Positions 9,549-19,898 are shown, counted from the first letter of the stretch. The stretch is 64,000 nucleotides of DNA from Candidatus Latescibacterota bacterium (GCA_963791045.1 CAWBQK010000009.1:128001-192000); one strand, 5' to 3'. The notes: a model not told the origin generated them from the sequence alone. Numbers and translations: made by a program.

Positions 9549-11765
9549 TCAACGAATCACGGCGATCTTCTGCGACACCGCTCCCGCGGCGGTTTTCATT
9601 CTTGCGAAGTACACTCCCGAAGCGAGGTGCGACGCATCGAATCGCACACTCCCCGTCCCCGCGGGAAGCGCATTGCGTTCGAGCAGCGTAGCAATCCGCC
9701 GGCCCTTCACATCATGAATTGTGATCTCAACCGCGCCGGGCGCGGCAAGCGTGTAATGGAATCTCGCGCCGGTCGACACCGGGTTTGGCGTCGGCGCGGA
9801 CAGCGACATCAAAGAGAGTGTCGGCGCATCCGTGGCTACGGACGTCACACCGCTTTCTATCTCGTCCACAAACCATACGGCCGACTCGGCCGTGATCGAT
9901 ACATGACCCTGATTTTCCGCCGGATAGTAAACCGCGTCGAAAGGGGTCAGCGACAAGATATCCGGATGCCCCGCTATATCAAAGAAAAGGTCGGACGTCG
10001 AGAGATCGAGCGCGCTCACCGTGGGAATAAAGCAGTGGTCGTCATGAAGCGCCACTATATCGCCGTACGGGGCCTCGGTCGAATCCATCTGCGCCATCGA
10101 GTTCCGCCGTCCGCCGGGAGCGTTGTCATATGGCAGCGTCCCGCTCACCGTCACCGTCATATCATCGGTCGGGAGCAAAATAATATTGATTAGCCCGTCG
10201 AAGATCATCTGTGACGACCCGTCGGGAACCGCCCATACATTGCCCGTGATATCGACCAGAAAACTCGTGTACTCATAGTCGATGATCTGAGCACCCGCGA
10301 CAAACCCCTGGTTCGCCTGCGCGCCGCTGCCATTGGCAACCGCCACATTACGCACGCTCGCGGGATATCCGCCCACATCGGCAAAGTCGGCGAGCAAGCC
10401 CGCGCGCAGCGAATCGCTCTCTCCGGTCGCGCCCGGCGGCGTCGTGTGATGGTAAACGAGCATTTGCCGCGCGGCAGGCGTGTCCAGCCGGCTCAATAAA
10501 AACGCGGCGTCATCCGACATCCCGGAGAAAAAGTCGAGCCAGTACTGCATCCCCAGCGGGATGTTCGCTCCGCCCTGCGGACCGTCAAATGAAATAAACG
10601 TCCGCACCTCGTGGCCCAGGCCGTTGGTTTCCATGTAGGAGAGCGCATACCGGCCACACAGACCACCCATGCTCGCACCGATGAGCGCGATATCGCGGTA
10701 CGAATCCAGATACGCCTCCACCTGCTCGAGCAAATCAATGACGGCAAAACTGTTGCGCTGGATGTAATCGGTGGCATCGGTGAAGTTCAACACAATCGCG
10801 TCGAACCCTTTTGTGCGGAGCGTCTCGATCAGGTTTTCCTGGTTAAGAAGATTATAGAGTTCATCCCAATTCATCGTGTTGTCGAGATCAAACCCTTCGA
10901 TGACCACCACCGGGTTAATTATCGTCGTGTGTCCCTCGCCGAGATACACATAGGCTTCGCCGGTGCCATACCCGCCTTCGTAGGGAATCGTCGCCGTCAC
11001 GCTAAGCGTATCGTTTGGATTGGGTGTCACCAAATTCTCGACACGAAAAGCGAAATCGCTGTAGAGAACGGTCCCGTCAACCAGAACGGCGCGGGTTTGA
11101 ATCGTTTTCGTTCCCGAGCTTGTATAGCTTACGTGCTCCTGTCCATCCCACCGGACCGGCCGGAAACCGGAGCCGTCATCGAAATCAATCTCGATTACCG
11201 GCGCGTCCGCCCCGGTATTAGTGATGTATCTGTCGGCGTCGAAGACAAAAGCGACTTCCCCGCCACGGTGCGTGTAGTCTTTGAGCGCGGTGGCGGCAAA
11301 CACACGATTGCTCTCGAAGGGGTCGCCGGCGACAATCTCCACTCCGCCGTTAACCATTGCGAGCGATCCGTCGTCGAACGCGCCCCCACGAATACGGGTG
11401 TATTCGAAGTTCATGAAAGCGATCGGGATACGCGATGGACCCGCCGACCGGGCGGCATCGCGTTCGAGATCATCCAGAGCGATCCAGGACGGATCGTCAA
11501 GCGACGCGCGGGTCATCTCGAAATAGATTTGTTTCCATTGGCGGAGACTTATGGGCGGCGACTCGATTGTTCCGTCGAATTCGCCGACACGCGACAAGGG
11601 CACCACTCGGTCGTAGAAAATCCCCGTCTCGATGAGTTCGGGATCGATCCCCTCGAGTGCGGCGGCGAGCTCCTGATTTGGAGTGCGTGACTTGGCGGCA
11701 ACAGGCGCAAACAGAAGTGTAATGATAAGGCTTACGGCCAGCAATCCACCGATGACACGCAGCAT
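9549..11765 (-). CDS. Secreted alpha/beta-hydrolase (lipase/esterase-like) with T9SS type A-like C-terminal sorting domain
   Basis: Signal peptide MLRVIGG...VAA; IEGFD; nucleophile elbow GASMGG; C-terminus PNPVS...IHDVKGRRI...LASGVYFARM...KIAVIR. Confidence 0.8.
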   Translation of the reverse strand: MLRVIGGLLAVSLIITLLFAPVAAKSRTPNQELAAALEGIDPELIETGIFYDRVVPLSRVGEFDGTIESPPISLRQWKQIYFEMTRASLDDPSWIALDDLERDAARSAGPSRIPIAFMNFEYTRIRGGAFDDGSLAMVNGGVEIVAGDPFESNRVFAATALKDYTHRGGEVAFVFDADRYITNTGADAPVIEIDFDDGSGFRPVRWDGQEHVSYTSSGTKTIQTRAVLVDGTVLYSDFAFRVENLVTPNPNDTLSVTATIPYEGGYGTGEAYVYLGEGHTTIINPVVVIEGFDLDNTMNWDELYNLLNQENLIETLRTKGFDAIVLNFTDATDYIQRNSFAVIDLLEQVEAYLDSYRDIALIGASMGGLCGRYALSYMETNGLGHEVRTFISFDGPQGGANIPLGMQYWLDFFSGMSDDAAFLLSRLDTPAARQMLVYHHTTPPGATGESDSLRAGLLADFADVGGYPASVRNVAVANGSGAQANQGFVAGAQIIDYEYTSFLVDITGNVWAVPDGSSQMIFDGLINIILLPTDDMTVTVSGTLPYDNAPGGRRNSMAQMDSTEAPYGDIVALHDDHCFIPTVSALDLSTSDLFFDIAGHPDILSLTPFDAVYYPAENQGHVSITAESAVWFVDEIESGVTSVATDAPTLSLMSLSAPTPNPVSTGARFHYTLAAPGAVEITIHDVKGRRIATLLERNALPAGTGSVRFDASHLASGVYFARMKTAAGAVSQKIAVIR

Positions 11766-11783
11766 TTCGGTTTCCCCCAATAC

Positions 11784-12293
11784 TTAACGGAGACGTTTTA
11801 TGATGTGCCAGCCGAATTTGCTTTTTTTCGGATCGTAGTGAGCGAGGCCCACTGCCCCCACGTCGAGAGCAAACGACACGTCGCCAAAAGACGGGGCCAT
11901 CGACGAACGCGCAAATATCTGCATCTCGGGGTTGGCATCGTCTTCGTTGTTTACGACGGCATAAATCCCGGGGTACGAGTCATCCGTATACTCCTTGACC
12001 AACGCGCCAAAATCTCCGGTTGTTTTGGCCTCTTCGAATACTGACATGGCGAGTTCACGCGCTTCATCTTCCGAACGATCGAGGTCCTTGTTCGGAATGC
12101 TTCCTTTGAACGCGATCAGAATGTGCTGAACGGTGACTTTATCAACCGTGGGAATCGTCGAAGCCGCAGCGGAGGTCGCTTCCGATACTTCGGGCGACCC
12201 TGCCGTTTCACTTACGGTCTGATCTTTGGCGCCGCACCCGACGAGGATGAGCAGGATAGAAAGTACACACAATAGTCCCAGCCTATGCAACAT
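11784..12293 (-). CDS. Parvulin/PpiC-type peptidyl-prolyl isomerase, lipoprotein
   Basis: Lipobox LVGC; HILIAF and FGWHIIKR rotamase motifs; GGAGG before ATG at 12293. Confidence 0.9.
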   Translation of the reverse strand: MLHRLGLLCVLSILLILVGCGAKDQTVSETAGSPEVSEATSAAASTIPTVDKVTVQHILIAFKGSIPNKDLDRSEDEARELAMSVFEEAKTTGDFGALVKEYTDDSYPGIYAVVNNEDDANPEMQIFARSSMAPSFGDVSFALDVGAVGLAHYDPKKSKFGWHIIKRLR

Positions 12294-12483
12294 TATGGTG
12301 CCTCCCTGGAAAAAACGACGGCTCATGATTTGAGAATGCAAAGAGGAAAAGGGAACGCTGCGAATCACCAGAGTATTTTAACAGCAGTTCGCCGCGGAGT
12401 CAAAACCAAAGCAAACCGGTCAAAATGTGGTATTCTCCCAGGATTACAACCGACACCCACAGGCGCAAAGAGGACGGACCAAC

Positions 12484-13665
12484 GTGGCGGAAGACACAGG
12501 CTCACACGACGAAACAAACAGCCGTTTCGAACACAAACAGGTTGCGACGGTGGCGGGAGCCCACGCCGTTCACGATACTTACACGGCGTTTCTCCCTCCC
12601 CTGCTTCCCGAGTTGATCAACAAGCTTGCCCTTTCGAAAACAGAGGCGGGCCTGCTGTCGGTCTTCATCCAGGCTCCGTCATTGCTCCAACCTTTCATCG
12701 GGCACCTTGCCGACCGTTCGGGGCTCCGCCTCGTGGTAATCCTGACGCCCGCCATATCGGGCACCATGATGAGCCTTCTCGGTTGGGCCCCCGGATACGC
12801 CTGGCTCGCCGTTCTTCTTACCATTGCCGGTCTCAGCTCCGCGGCGCTGCACGCCGTGGCGCCGGTCATTGCCGGTCGATACTCGGGACAAAGTCTCGGA
12901 CGCGGGATGGGGTTCTGGATGGTGGGCGGCGAACTCGGTCGGACACTCGGACCGATCGTGATTGTTACCGCCGTGGGATTTCTCACGCTGAAGGGCTCCG
13001 CGCTTCTCATGCTGGGCGGGTTTGTCACGTCGGCCCTCTTATACATCACATTGAAAGACCTTCCGTCCCGCATCCAGCCGGGAATCGCGTCGACCGACTG
13101 GCGCGCTGCCCTCGCCGGCATGCGATCGCTCCTGGTGCCACTATCAGTTCTGATTGCGGCGCGGTCGCTTTTGATTGTGTCGCTGACGATCTACCTGCCA
13201 CTATATCTGACCGAAAAAGGCGCGTCGTTGTGGATGGCCGGGGTTTCGCTTTCCGTTCTCGAATTCGCAGGCGTAATCGGCGCACTCGCCGGCGGGGCGC
13301 TGAGCGACAAAGTCGGGCGGCGGTGGGTTCTTCTAGTCGCAATGCTCACTGCCCCGGCGCTCTTGTTTCTCGTGCTGAACCTCGAAGGGTGGATCCTCTT
13401 CCCGATCTTATTGCTCACCGGTTTTTCGTTACTATCGATCGGCCCGGTCATTATGGCCATCGTCCAGGAGAGCTTTCCCGAAAATCGCGCATTCGCCAAC
13501 GGCGTCTACATGGCGATCAGCTTCTTGATCCGCTCCGTTGCCGCCGTCGCCATCGGAATGCTTGGAGACGCGTTCGATCTTCGCTGGGCATTTTCGATCA
13601 GCGCCGTCGTAATGTGGGCGGGAGTGCCACTGGTGTTCATGCTCCCCCGCCGTTTGAAATCGTGA
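12484..13665 (+). CDS. MFS transporter (Fsr-like)
   Basis: AHAVHDTY, LLQPFIGHLADR, GGELGRTLGP, GALSDKVGRR; ~12 TM. Start could be 12427. Confidence 0.9.
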   Translation: MAEDTGSHDETNSRFEHKQVATVAGAHAVHDTYTAFLPPLLPELINKLALSKTEAGLLSVFIQAPSLLQPFIGHLADRSGLRLVVILTPAISGTMMSLLGWAPGYAWLAVLLTIAGLSSAALHAVAPVIAGRYSGQSLGRGMGFWMVGGELGRTLGPIVIVTAVGFLTLKGSALLMLGGFVTSALLYITLKDLPSRIQPGIASTDWRAALAGMRSLLVPLSVLIAARSLLIVSLTIYLPLYLTEKGASLWMAGVSLSVLEFAGVIGALAGGALSDKVGRRWVLLVAMLTAPALLFLVLNLEGWILFPILLLTGFSLLSIGPVIMAIVQESFPENRAFANGVYMAISFLIRSVAAVAIGMLGDAFDLRWAFSISAVVMWAGVPLVFMLPRRLKS

Positions 13666-13681
13666 CAAAAAAGATGAACGA

Positions 13682-15001
13682 TCAAAGGAAGACGTAGCGG
13701 GCGACGAAGAGAAGGCCGAGAAAGTAGACGAGCGGGGAGATCTCACGCCAGCGGCCGGTGGCGATCTTGAGCACGGGGTAACTGATGAAGCCGAGCGCTA
13801 TGCCGTCGGCGATCGACCATGAGAACGGGATTCCGATCATCACAAGAAAAGCGGGAAACGCCTCGGTGAAATCATCCCACTCGATCTTGCGGATGCTTCC
13901 CACCATAAAGCAGCCGACAACGATAAGCGCCGGCGCCGTTATCGGCTGAAGCGCGCCCCCGCCGTCGAGCGCCACTCCCCCGCCAACCATTTTGACGACC
14001 GGAGAGAAGAAGAGGACGAGAAAAAAGAGCGCTCCCGTGACCACATTGGCAAGCCCGGTGCGCGCGCCCGCCTCGACACCCGTCGCGCTTTCAATATAGG
14101 CGGTCACGGTCGATGTTCCGAAGATCGAGCCAAACACCGTTCCCGAAGAATCGGCAAGAAGCGCCCGTGTCGCGCGCGGGAGCTTACCGTCCTTGAGAAG
14201 ACCCGCCCTGTCGCTCACGCCGATTAGCGTGCCGATCGCATCGAACACCGCCATAAAAAGAAAAATCACGATAACGGGAATCATCGCCGCGTCTAGCAAA
14301 CCCCGGAGATCGAGCTTCATAAATGTGGGCGACATCGACGGAGGCATCGACAAGAGCCCATGCCACTCGACAAGACCAAGCGCCCACGCCAGGGCGGTGC
14401 TTGCGAGAATCCCAATGAGAATCGCGCCTTTTATGCCCCGACCAAGGAGCGCGATCGTCAGCAGAAGCCCGAAACACGCCACCATGACCGGTTTTCTCGA
14501 CAGATCGCCGAGGTGCATCAGCATTCCCGTGTCGGCTTTCTCAACGATGCCCGCCCCGACGAAACCTATGAACGCAATGAAGAGTCCGATGCCAACCGCT
14601 ATCGCGTGTTTGAGGCTCGCGGGGATCGCGTCGATAATCATTTCGCGGATACGGAGAAATGTGAGAAGAACGAAAACAACACCGGAGATGAAAACAGCGG
14701 CGAGCGCCACCTGCCAGGACACGGCCATACCCACGCACACGGTAAGAAAAAAGAAGTTCTCACCCATCCCCGGAGCAAGCGCGATCGGGTAATTGGCAAG
14801 AAAGCCCATCGCCAGCGTGGCGATGCCTGCGGACAGGCATGTGGCCGTCATCACGGCGCCAAAATCCATCCCCGTCCCTGAGAGGACGGCGGGGTTGACG
14901 AAAACGATATACGCCATCGTCATGAATGTCGTCACACCGCCAAGCACCTCGGTGCGGACATTCGTGCCGTGCTCCTGAAGATGAAACAACCGCTCGACCA
15001 T
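13682..15001 (-). CDS. NCS2/AzgA-PbuG family purine permease
   Basis: TTFMTMAYIVFVNP, APGMGENFFF and TAYIESATGVEAGARTGL motifs. Confidence 0.95.
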   Translation of the reverse strand: MVERLFHLQEHGTNVRTEVLGGVTTFMTMAYIVFVNPAVLSGTGMDFGAVMTATCLSAGIATLAMGFLANYPIALAPGMGENFFFLTVCVGMAVSWQVALAAVFISGVVFVLLTFLRIREMIIDAIPASLKHAIAVGIGLFIAFIGFVGAGIVEKADTGMLMHLGDLSRKPVMVACFGLLLTIALLGRGIKGAILIGILASTALAWALGLVEWHGLLSMPPSMSPTFMKLDLRGLLDAAMIPVIVIFLFMAVFDAIGTLIGVSDRAGLLKDGKLPRATRALLADSSGTVFGSIFGTSTVTAYIESATGVEAGARTGLANVVTGALFFLVLFFSPVVKMVGGGVALDGGGALQPITAPALIVVGCFMVGSIRKIEWDDFTEAFPAFLVMIGIPFSWSIADGIALGFISYPVLKIATGRWREISPLVYFLGLLFVARYVFL

Positions 15002-15044
15002 ACAGGGATTTTAGCCGCAACAAAGGAGTGAGAGCAAGCGAAGC

Positions 15045-16355
15045 TTATCTCAGGCGGAATCTCTGGGCGGTCCACTTGAACCAGTTGCCAAAGTGGAAGT
15101 AAATGTCCCCCTGCCGGTTGAAACCGACATCAAAACGGGTCATTTCGGTGCCCGGCACGAGAATCCGAAACCCCAACCCGAAACCGGTCTTCCAGCGATC
15201 GGTGTTGAACTCGTCGGAATCGCTCCACGCGATACCGGTATCGGAAAAAAGAGCCAGCTGGAGACCCAGGGCCGCAGACCATTTGAGAAAATTGTAGGCT
15301 TTCAGAGGAAGCAGTGTGAAATTGTATTCGAAGGTGCCAATGAGCTGGTTCTTGCCGTACAACACCTTCCCTAAATCTACATTGTACCCACGTATCGAGT
15401 TCGCTCCCCCGAGCCGGTACATGAGATATTGCGGCACATCCTCGCCGACAGTCCCCGTCTGGAGCGAGGTCAGGGCTCCGAGAAAGAATCCATTTCGTTC
15501 GTTGATCGGCTGAAAGCGGCGAATATCGATGTTCGTGGTAAGAAACGTTCCGTCGCCGGTGGTGAAAATCGCCTGGATTTCGTGCTCCCATCCTTCGCGC
15601 GGAACACGCCACGAATCGCGCGAGTCGTATCCAATCGACGCTCCGACGCGGAAGAAGTTGTCCGAGTTGTCCTCCGACAGGGTGATGCCGTCGACATCAG
15701 ATTCCATCCGGAAATACCCCAACATCCCCCTTACCCTGCCTTTTTCACCGATGTACCGGCCGAGCCAGGGCGTGACTTCATCGCTCATTTCCTCGAACTC
15801 GTTGAGCTCGTCGTCACGAATCAGGTGCGAGGCATCGAGATCGAAAGAGAGGTGATAGTCTCCCGTGATCCACGGCCACCGCAGGGTGATCAAGGCCGTA
15901 GTCGTGCCGCCAAAGAGCATGCGACCCGACAAACGCAATGCGCGGCCGAAAAGGTTTACAGACGAAATAGCGGGACCGACGGAAAATCCGTTTTCTTCTG
16001 TATAACGGAAGGCGAGGTATGGGATAAATGGCGGCATTTCCCTGAATTGCCACTCGAGCGCCACGCCATCACCGTCCTCTTCGGCATTAAGGATGATCGA
16101 CCCGAATATGCTGAGGTTTTCGAGGTTCGTGTAGCTCTCGGCAAGCAAGTTGAGATCGAGCGGGTCACCCACCTCGAGTTCGATTTCACGCGTAACAATG
16201 AAATCCTTCGTGGAGTTGTTGCCCGAATATGTCATCGACATGATCGTCTTATTCTCATAGGGGAGGAAACTCTCCTCGTCAAACTCAGCCCGGACGGAGG
16301 AGGGGATGAACGAAATCACGATTATGATGAGAATCAATCCGGAAACAAACCGCAT
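15045..16355 (-). CDS. BamA/TamA (Omp85) family outer-membrane protein with one POTRA-like domain
   Basis: Signal peptide; GNNSTKDFIVTREI (POTRA); LGGANSIRGY; GFGLGFR. Confidence 0.85.
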   Translation of the reverse strand: MRFVSGLILIIIVISFIPSSVRAEFDEESFLPYENKTIMSMTYSGNNSTKDFIVTREIELEVGDPLDLNLLAESYTNLENLSIFGSIILNAEEDGDGVALEWQFREMPPFIPYLAFRYTEENGFSVGPAISSVNLFGRALRLSGRMLFGGTTTALITLRWPWITGDYHLSFDLDASHLIRDDELNEFEEMSDEVTPWLGRYIGEKGRVRGMLGYFRMESDVDGITLSEDNSDNFFRVGASIGYDSRDSWRVPREGWEHEIQAIFTTGDGTFLTTNIDIRRFQPINERNGFFLGALTSLQTGTVGEDVPQYLMYRLGGANSIRGYNVDLGKVLYGKNQLIGTFEYNFTLLPLKAYNFLKWSAALGLQLALFSDTGIAWSDSDEFNTDRWKTGFGLGFRILVPGTEMTRFDVGFNRQGDIYFHFGNWFKWTAQRFRLR

Positions 16356-16578
16356 ATTCCCTGGCCTTTTTAAGAGGTGATACGAAGTCTACCTGTGAAA
16401 ACCATCAAGTTCAAGGTGTTTGATTATCTGATTTGCGGTACGGTGATGCTCCCCCCTATAATAGAGGATACTCATATTAGGGTGGAAAAAGCGGGACACG
16501 CATATTGAGCGAGAATTCCAAACGACGGAGCAGATTGGTATCCGGCGATTTCTGTTAAGAATATTACGCCCCGCAACG

Positions 16579-17671
16579 ATGATTTTCCTCATTGCAATGA
16601 TGGGCGTCACGCTGCCGTCGTGTCTCTTCTGGATCCGCGAGTATACGGACGCGCCGCATCTGGACGGTTACCCGATCTCTTCGCTGTCTTGCCGCCAGGT
16701 GATTCCGCCGGAGTCTACGGTGACATGGGTTGAAGCAGGCCGCGAGCGTGACAGGCGGATTCTCGCCGCCTGGTGCGCCGCCGTCGGACCCGCCGTCGTC
16801 GCTCCAGCCGCCCCAGGGGCGCCCGCCGTTCTCGATTCGCTCGCCGTTCTGAGCTGGAACGTCCATGTCGGCGGCGGCGATGTTTTGGGGTTTGTCGGGG
16901 ACCTCCGCCGGGGCGAGTTCACCGCCGGCCGGCCGGTCGATGATTTCATTATTCTCCTTCAGGAAGCCCACCACGCGGGACCGATGATCCCCGACGAAGT
17001 GTCCGACAAAATCGTCCCACGCCGTATTGTTGATGCCCCCCCAACGGGAGAGCGAATCGACATCGTGGAAGCTTCCCGTATACTCGGACTCCACTTGTTT
17101 TATGTGCCGTCGATGCGAAACGGCCCGACCGGATCGACTCCCGTACCGGAGGATCGCGGCAACGCCATTCTCTCGACCATCCCGCTTAGAAATCTCAAAG
17201 CGATGGAACTCCCCTTCGAGTTCTACAGACGGGTCAACGTGGCGGCCACCGTCAGCGGCGTGACCACCAACGGTGAACCGTGGGAGCTTCACGCGTGCAG
17301 CGTGCACCTGGCCACACGAACGGGATTCCCCCGCTATTTCGTGAGCCTGGGAACGGGCCGGCTGCGTCAGGCCAAGGCGACCGTCGCGGCGCTCCCCGAC
17401 AGCAACGTCGTCCTGGGCGGCGACTTCAACACCTGGGCGTTGGGATCGGTCGAACCCGCCCTCCATCATATCCGAAGATATTATCGCCAGCCGCTTGACC
17501 TCGACGGCAAGGGGACGACCAAGTCTCAAGTTTTTCCCCGACCGGCGGATCGATTATCTCTTCTTCCGATTGCCCGGACGCCGCACGGCGCGGTACCACC
17601 GCATCGACGACACCTATGGATCGGATCATTATCCGTTGATCGGCTGGGTGCAGCTGGCCGAACCCAAATAG
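16579..17671 (+). CDS. Endonuclease/exonuclease/phosphatase family protein (one frameshift near 17531-17540)
   Basis: SWNV, LQEA, GNAILS and GGDFN in the first frame. RIDYLFF...GSDHYPL...TAG(17669-17671) continues in the +1 frame after TTTTTCCCC. Confidence 0.85.
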
Positions 17672-17737
17672 AAAACAAAAAGGATTCCACAAGCTCGGCC
17701 GCGTTTCTTCCCTCTGTCGGCTTTTCGGCACATTGAA

Positions 17738-17775
17738 AAACGCCCGCTTTTTTACCGGAATCGGCGCGGGCGTTT
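17738..17775. terminator. Inverted repeat / probable bidirectional terminator
   Basis: AAACGCCCGC-N18-GCGGGCGTTT between convergent genes. Confidence 0.5.
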
Positions 17776-17840
17776 GGCGACGCGGGCGTGTGTGTATTCC
17801 CCAACGGGACGAGCGGGCGGAGGCCAGGCGCTCGAGCAAT

Positions 17841-19463
17841 CTACTTTGCGACCCTTCTGACACTCCCCACACCTACGGGGAAATTCTGCCGCTGCGGCTC
17901 GGTCAATTCGGGAACATCATCGCGGGCGTACACCCAGTACGAGCGATCGTCGAACCAGTCGTATCGCGACGACCCAAGAAGCCGGTACGCATCGAACCGA
18001 ATGTCCGAGGCCATCGCGAAATGTTCGGGGTAGAATTTCGCCACGTAAATGCTGCGCGACGGAACGATGATGAGGTATGGCCGGATGTTCGCCACATAGT
18101 CGATCGAGAATCCGTTCTTGGCAATGTAGAGATCGGTGAGCGATTCGGGGTTGATGTCGATCGTCTTGAGCCCCGAATAATACGGGATCGCGCCAACATC
18201 GCTTATCGCTATCACTTTGTCCGGCGGAACATTGGCCTTCAGCCATTTGCCGAGCGCGACCGAGCACAACTGATTGCTCGTCTCGGTTATTTTTATGATG
18301 ACGCGGAGTTCGGCGAGCACACCAAAATTGAGAACAACCACGGCGAAACCGATCAGCCAGAACGCGCGTGCGTTTTTGACGCGTTCACCGTTCTTCTCGA
18401 ACAGGGGTGAGAGGATTTGGACCGCCGGGAACAAGAGAAGCGGGACATACGGCGAGTAGTAACGCATCGCCGGCATCCAGTCCTTGAAGTTGAAATAAAA
18501 AACAAAAAACACGAGCACGAAGGCGAGGGCAATCGTTTCGACAATCTTCTGCGGCGCCGCCGATCGTGAGAATTTCAACCCGGTGAAACCGAGAATCGCG
18601 AGGGCGAGGTAGTAGTACCCCATCGGCGGGATGTAATACATGTGTTTGATAAAATAGAAATTAAAATTGGCCGACCAGATGTCGAGGAACGACCTGCCGC
18701 CCCCACCTTTTGACAAGAACGGTGTCGGGAGCCACTCGCCGAAGTAACCAAACCGCCAGAAGTGATAAACAGCGAGGACAACGACAAAACCCGCGAGCGA
18801 TACCAGCAGCTTCGATCTCCAACTGATACCCATTCCCTCTTCCCCTCGCTTGCCCCTGAGAAACCAAAACATCAGAATGGCAACGAGCGGGAACACCATC
18901 ATCCCCTCGGGCCGGCACAGCGCGAGGAGAAACGACGTTACCGCAACCCCGATCCACTCGAGCCAGCGTCCGTTTTGAAACACCGAGTCGAGCAGATACA
19001 CGAACAGAAGGAGAAGAAATGTGTAGAGCGGCATCTCCATACCGGATATGGCGTACATGACGACGGGACCCGAGCATGCGAACACGAGAAGCGGAAAGAG
19101 CATCTGCAGCGCGGGAATACCACGTCGTCTGAAAAGGGCCCAGAGCAGTGTAAGGCTGAAGACACTGATTAGCACCCCGACGACGGGCATGGATGACGGC
19201 AGATCGAAGTTAAGGATGTACACGAGCGCGCAGACAAGAATCCACAGGAAGTTGCTGTATCCCTCGACCGGCTGCTCCCCCTGGTTGAACGTCATGCCGT
19301 GGCCGTCGGCCAGGTTCTCGGCATAGCGAAAGGAGATGTAGGAGTCGTCGGGGACGTAGTCCATCATGAAGAACGAGCACGCGACACACAGGATGAGCGC
19401 GGCGAAGAGGACGATCTCCGCCGACTGTATGGATTTGAACGGTTTGTTGTTCGTTAGTGTCAT
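17841..19463 (-). CDS. Polytopic membrane protein, probable GT-C fold glycosyltransferase
   Basis: DDSYISFRYAENL, PVEGYSNFLW, SGMEMPLY and LCRPEG motifs; many TM helices; C-terminal DVGAIPYYS soluble domain. Confidence 0.75.
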   Translation of the reverse strand: MTLTNNKPFKSIQSAEIVLFAALILCVACSFFMMDYVPDDSYISFRYAENLADGHGMTFNQGEQPVEGYSNFLWILVCALVYILNFDLPSSMPVVGVLISVFSLTLLWALFRRRGIPALQMLFPLLVFACSGPVVMYAISGMEMPLYTFLLLLFVYLLDSVFQNGRWLEWIGVAVTSFLLALCRPEGMMVFPLVAILMFWFLRGKRGEEGMGISWRSKLLVSLAGFVVVLAVYHFWRFGYFGEWLPTPFLSKGGGGRSFLDIWSANFNFYFIKHMYYIPPMGYYYLALAILGFTGLKFSRSAAPQKIVETIALAFVLVFFVFYFNFKDWMPAMRYYSPYVPLLLFPAVQILSPLFEKNGERVKNARAFWLIGFAVVVLNFGVLAELRVIIKITETSNQLCSVALGKWLKANVPPDKVIAISDVGAIPYYSGLKTIDINPESLTDLYIAKNGFSIDYVANIRPYLIIVPSRSIYVAKFYPEHFAMASDIRFDAYRLLGSSRYDWFDDRSYWVYARDDVPELTEPQRQNFPVGVGSVRRVAK

Positions 19464-19543
19464 AATTGTAGTGAGTATTTACGATAACTCGTTTTGTGTC
19501 AATCGCCTTAAGGACCGTCGCCTGTATCGATAGCCCAAGAGAG

Positions 19544-19898
19544 GACGGCACGGTCTTCCTCCAGCCCTCGCCATGATTGTACGGCACGGGTCCTGTCATC
19601 GGTCACCCTGAGCGAAGCGAAGTGCGGGATGTAGAGCTAAAATGCTTCAGCCACCTTCATGGTAAGCCCGCGCTTGGCTCACGCCTGCGGTGAGGGAAGT
19701 GCCTTGCACGACAACCCGCACCTCTCGCTTAAGCTTCGTGCGCGGGGGCCCCACCGATGCCACCCGTGCCTGCTCTTGAAGAGGACGGTCCGGTCTTTCG
19801 AAAGGCCCTTTCGCGGGAGCGAGCGAGAATCCACCGTCGGCGTAGCCGGCGGTTAGTCGAGCGAAGCGGAGCGAGGGCCAGAGAAAGACCGTACCGTC
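19544..19898. repeat. REP-like repeat cluster with a nested palindrome
   Basis: Three related ~28-bp units (19544-19571 +, from 19784 +, 19871-19898 -). 19784-19799 pairs with 19883-19898 at 15/16. Confidence 0.6.

Noticed and set aside
10611-11690. 359-aa plus-strand ORF
   Set aside because: Antisense to the lipase-like gene, which has clear motifs.
12285-13697. 470-aa plus-strand ORF overlapping the MFS gene
   Set aside because: Arg-rich off-frame ORF; the MFS frame carries the family motifs.
19544-19898. Possible CRISPR array
   Set aside because: Units are degenerate, irregularly spaced and in mixed orientation; no cas genes.
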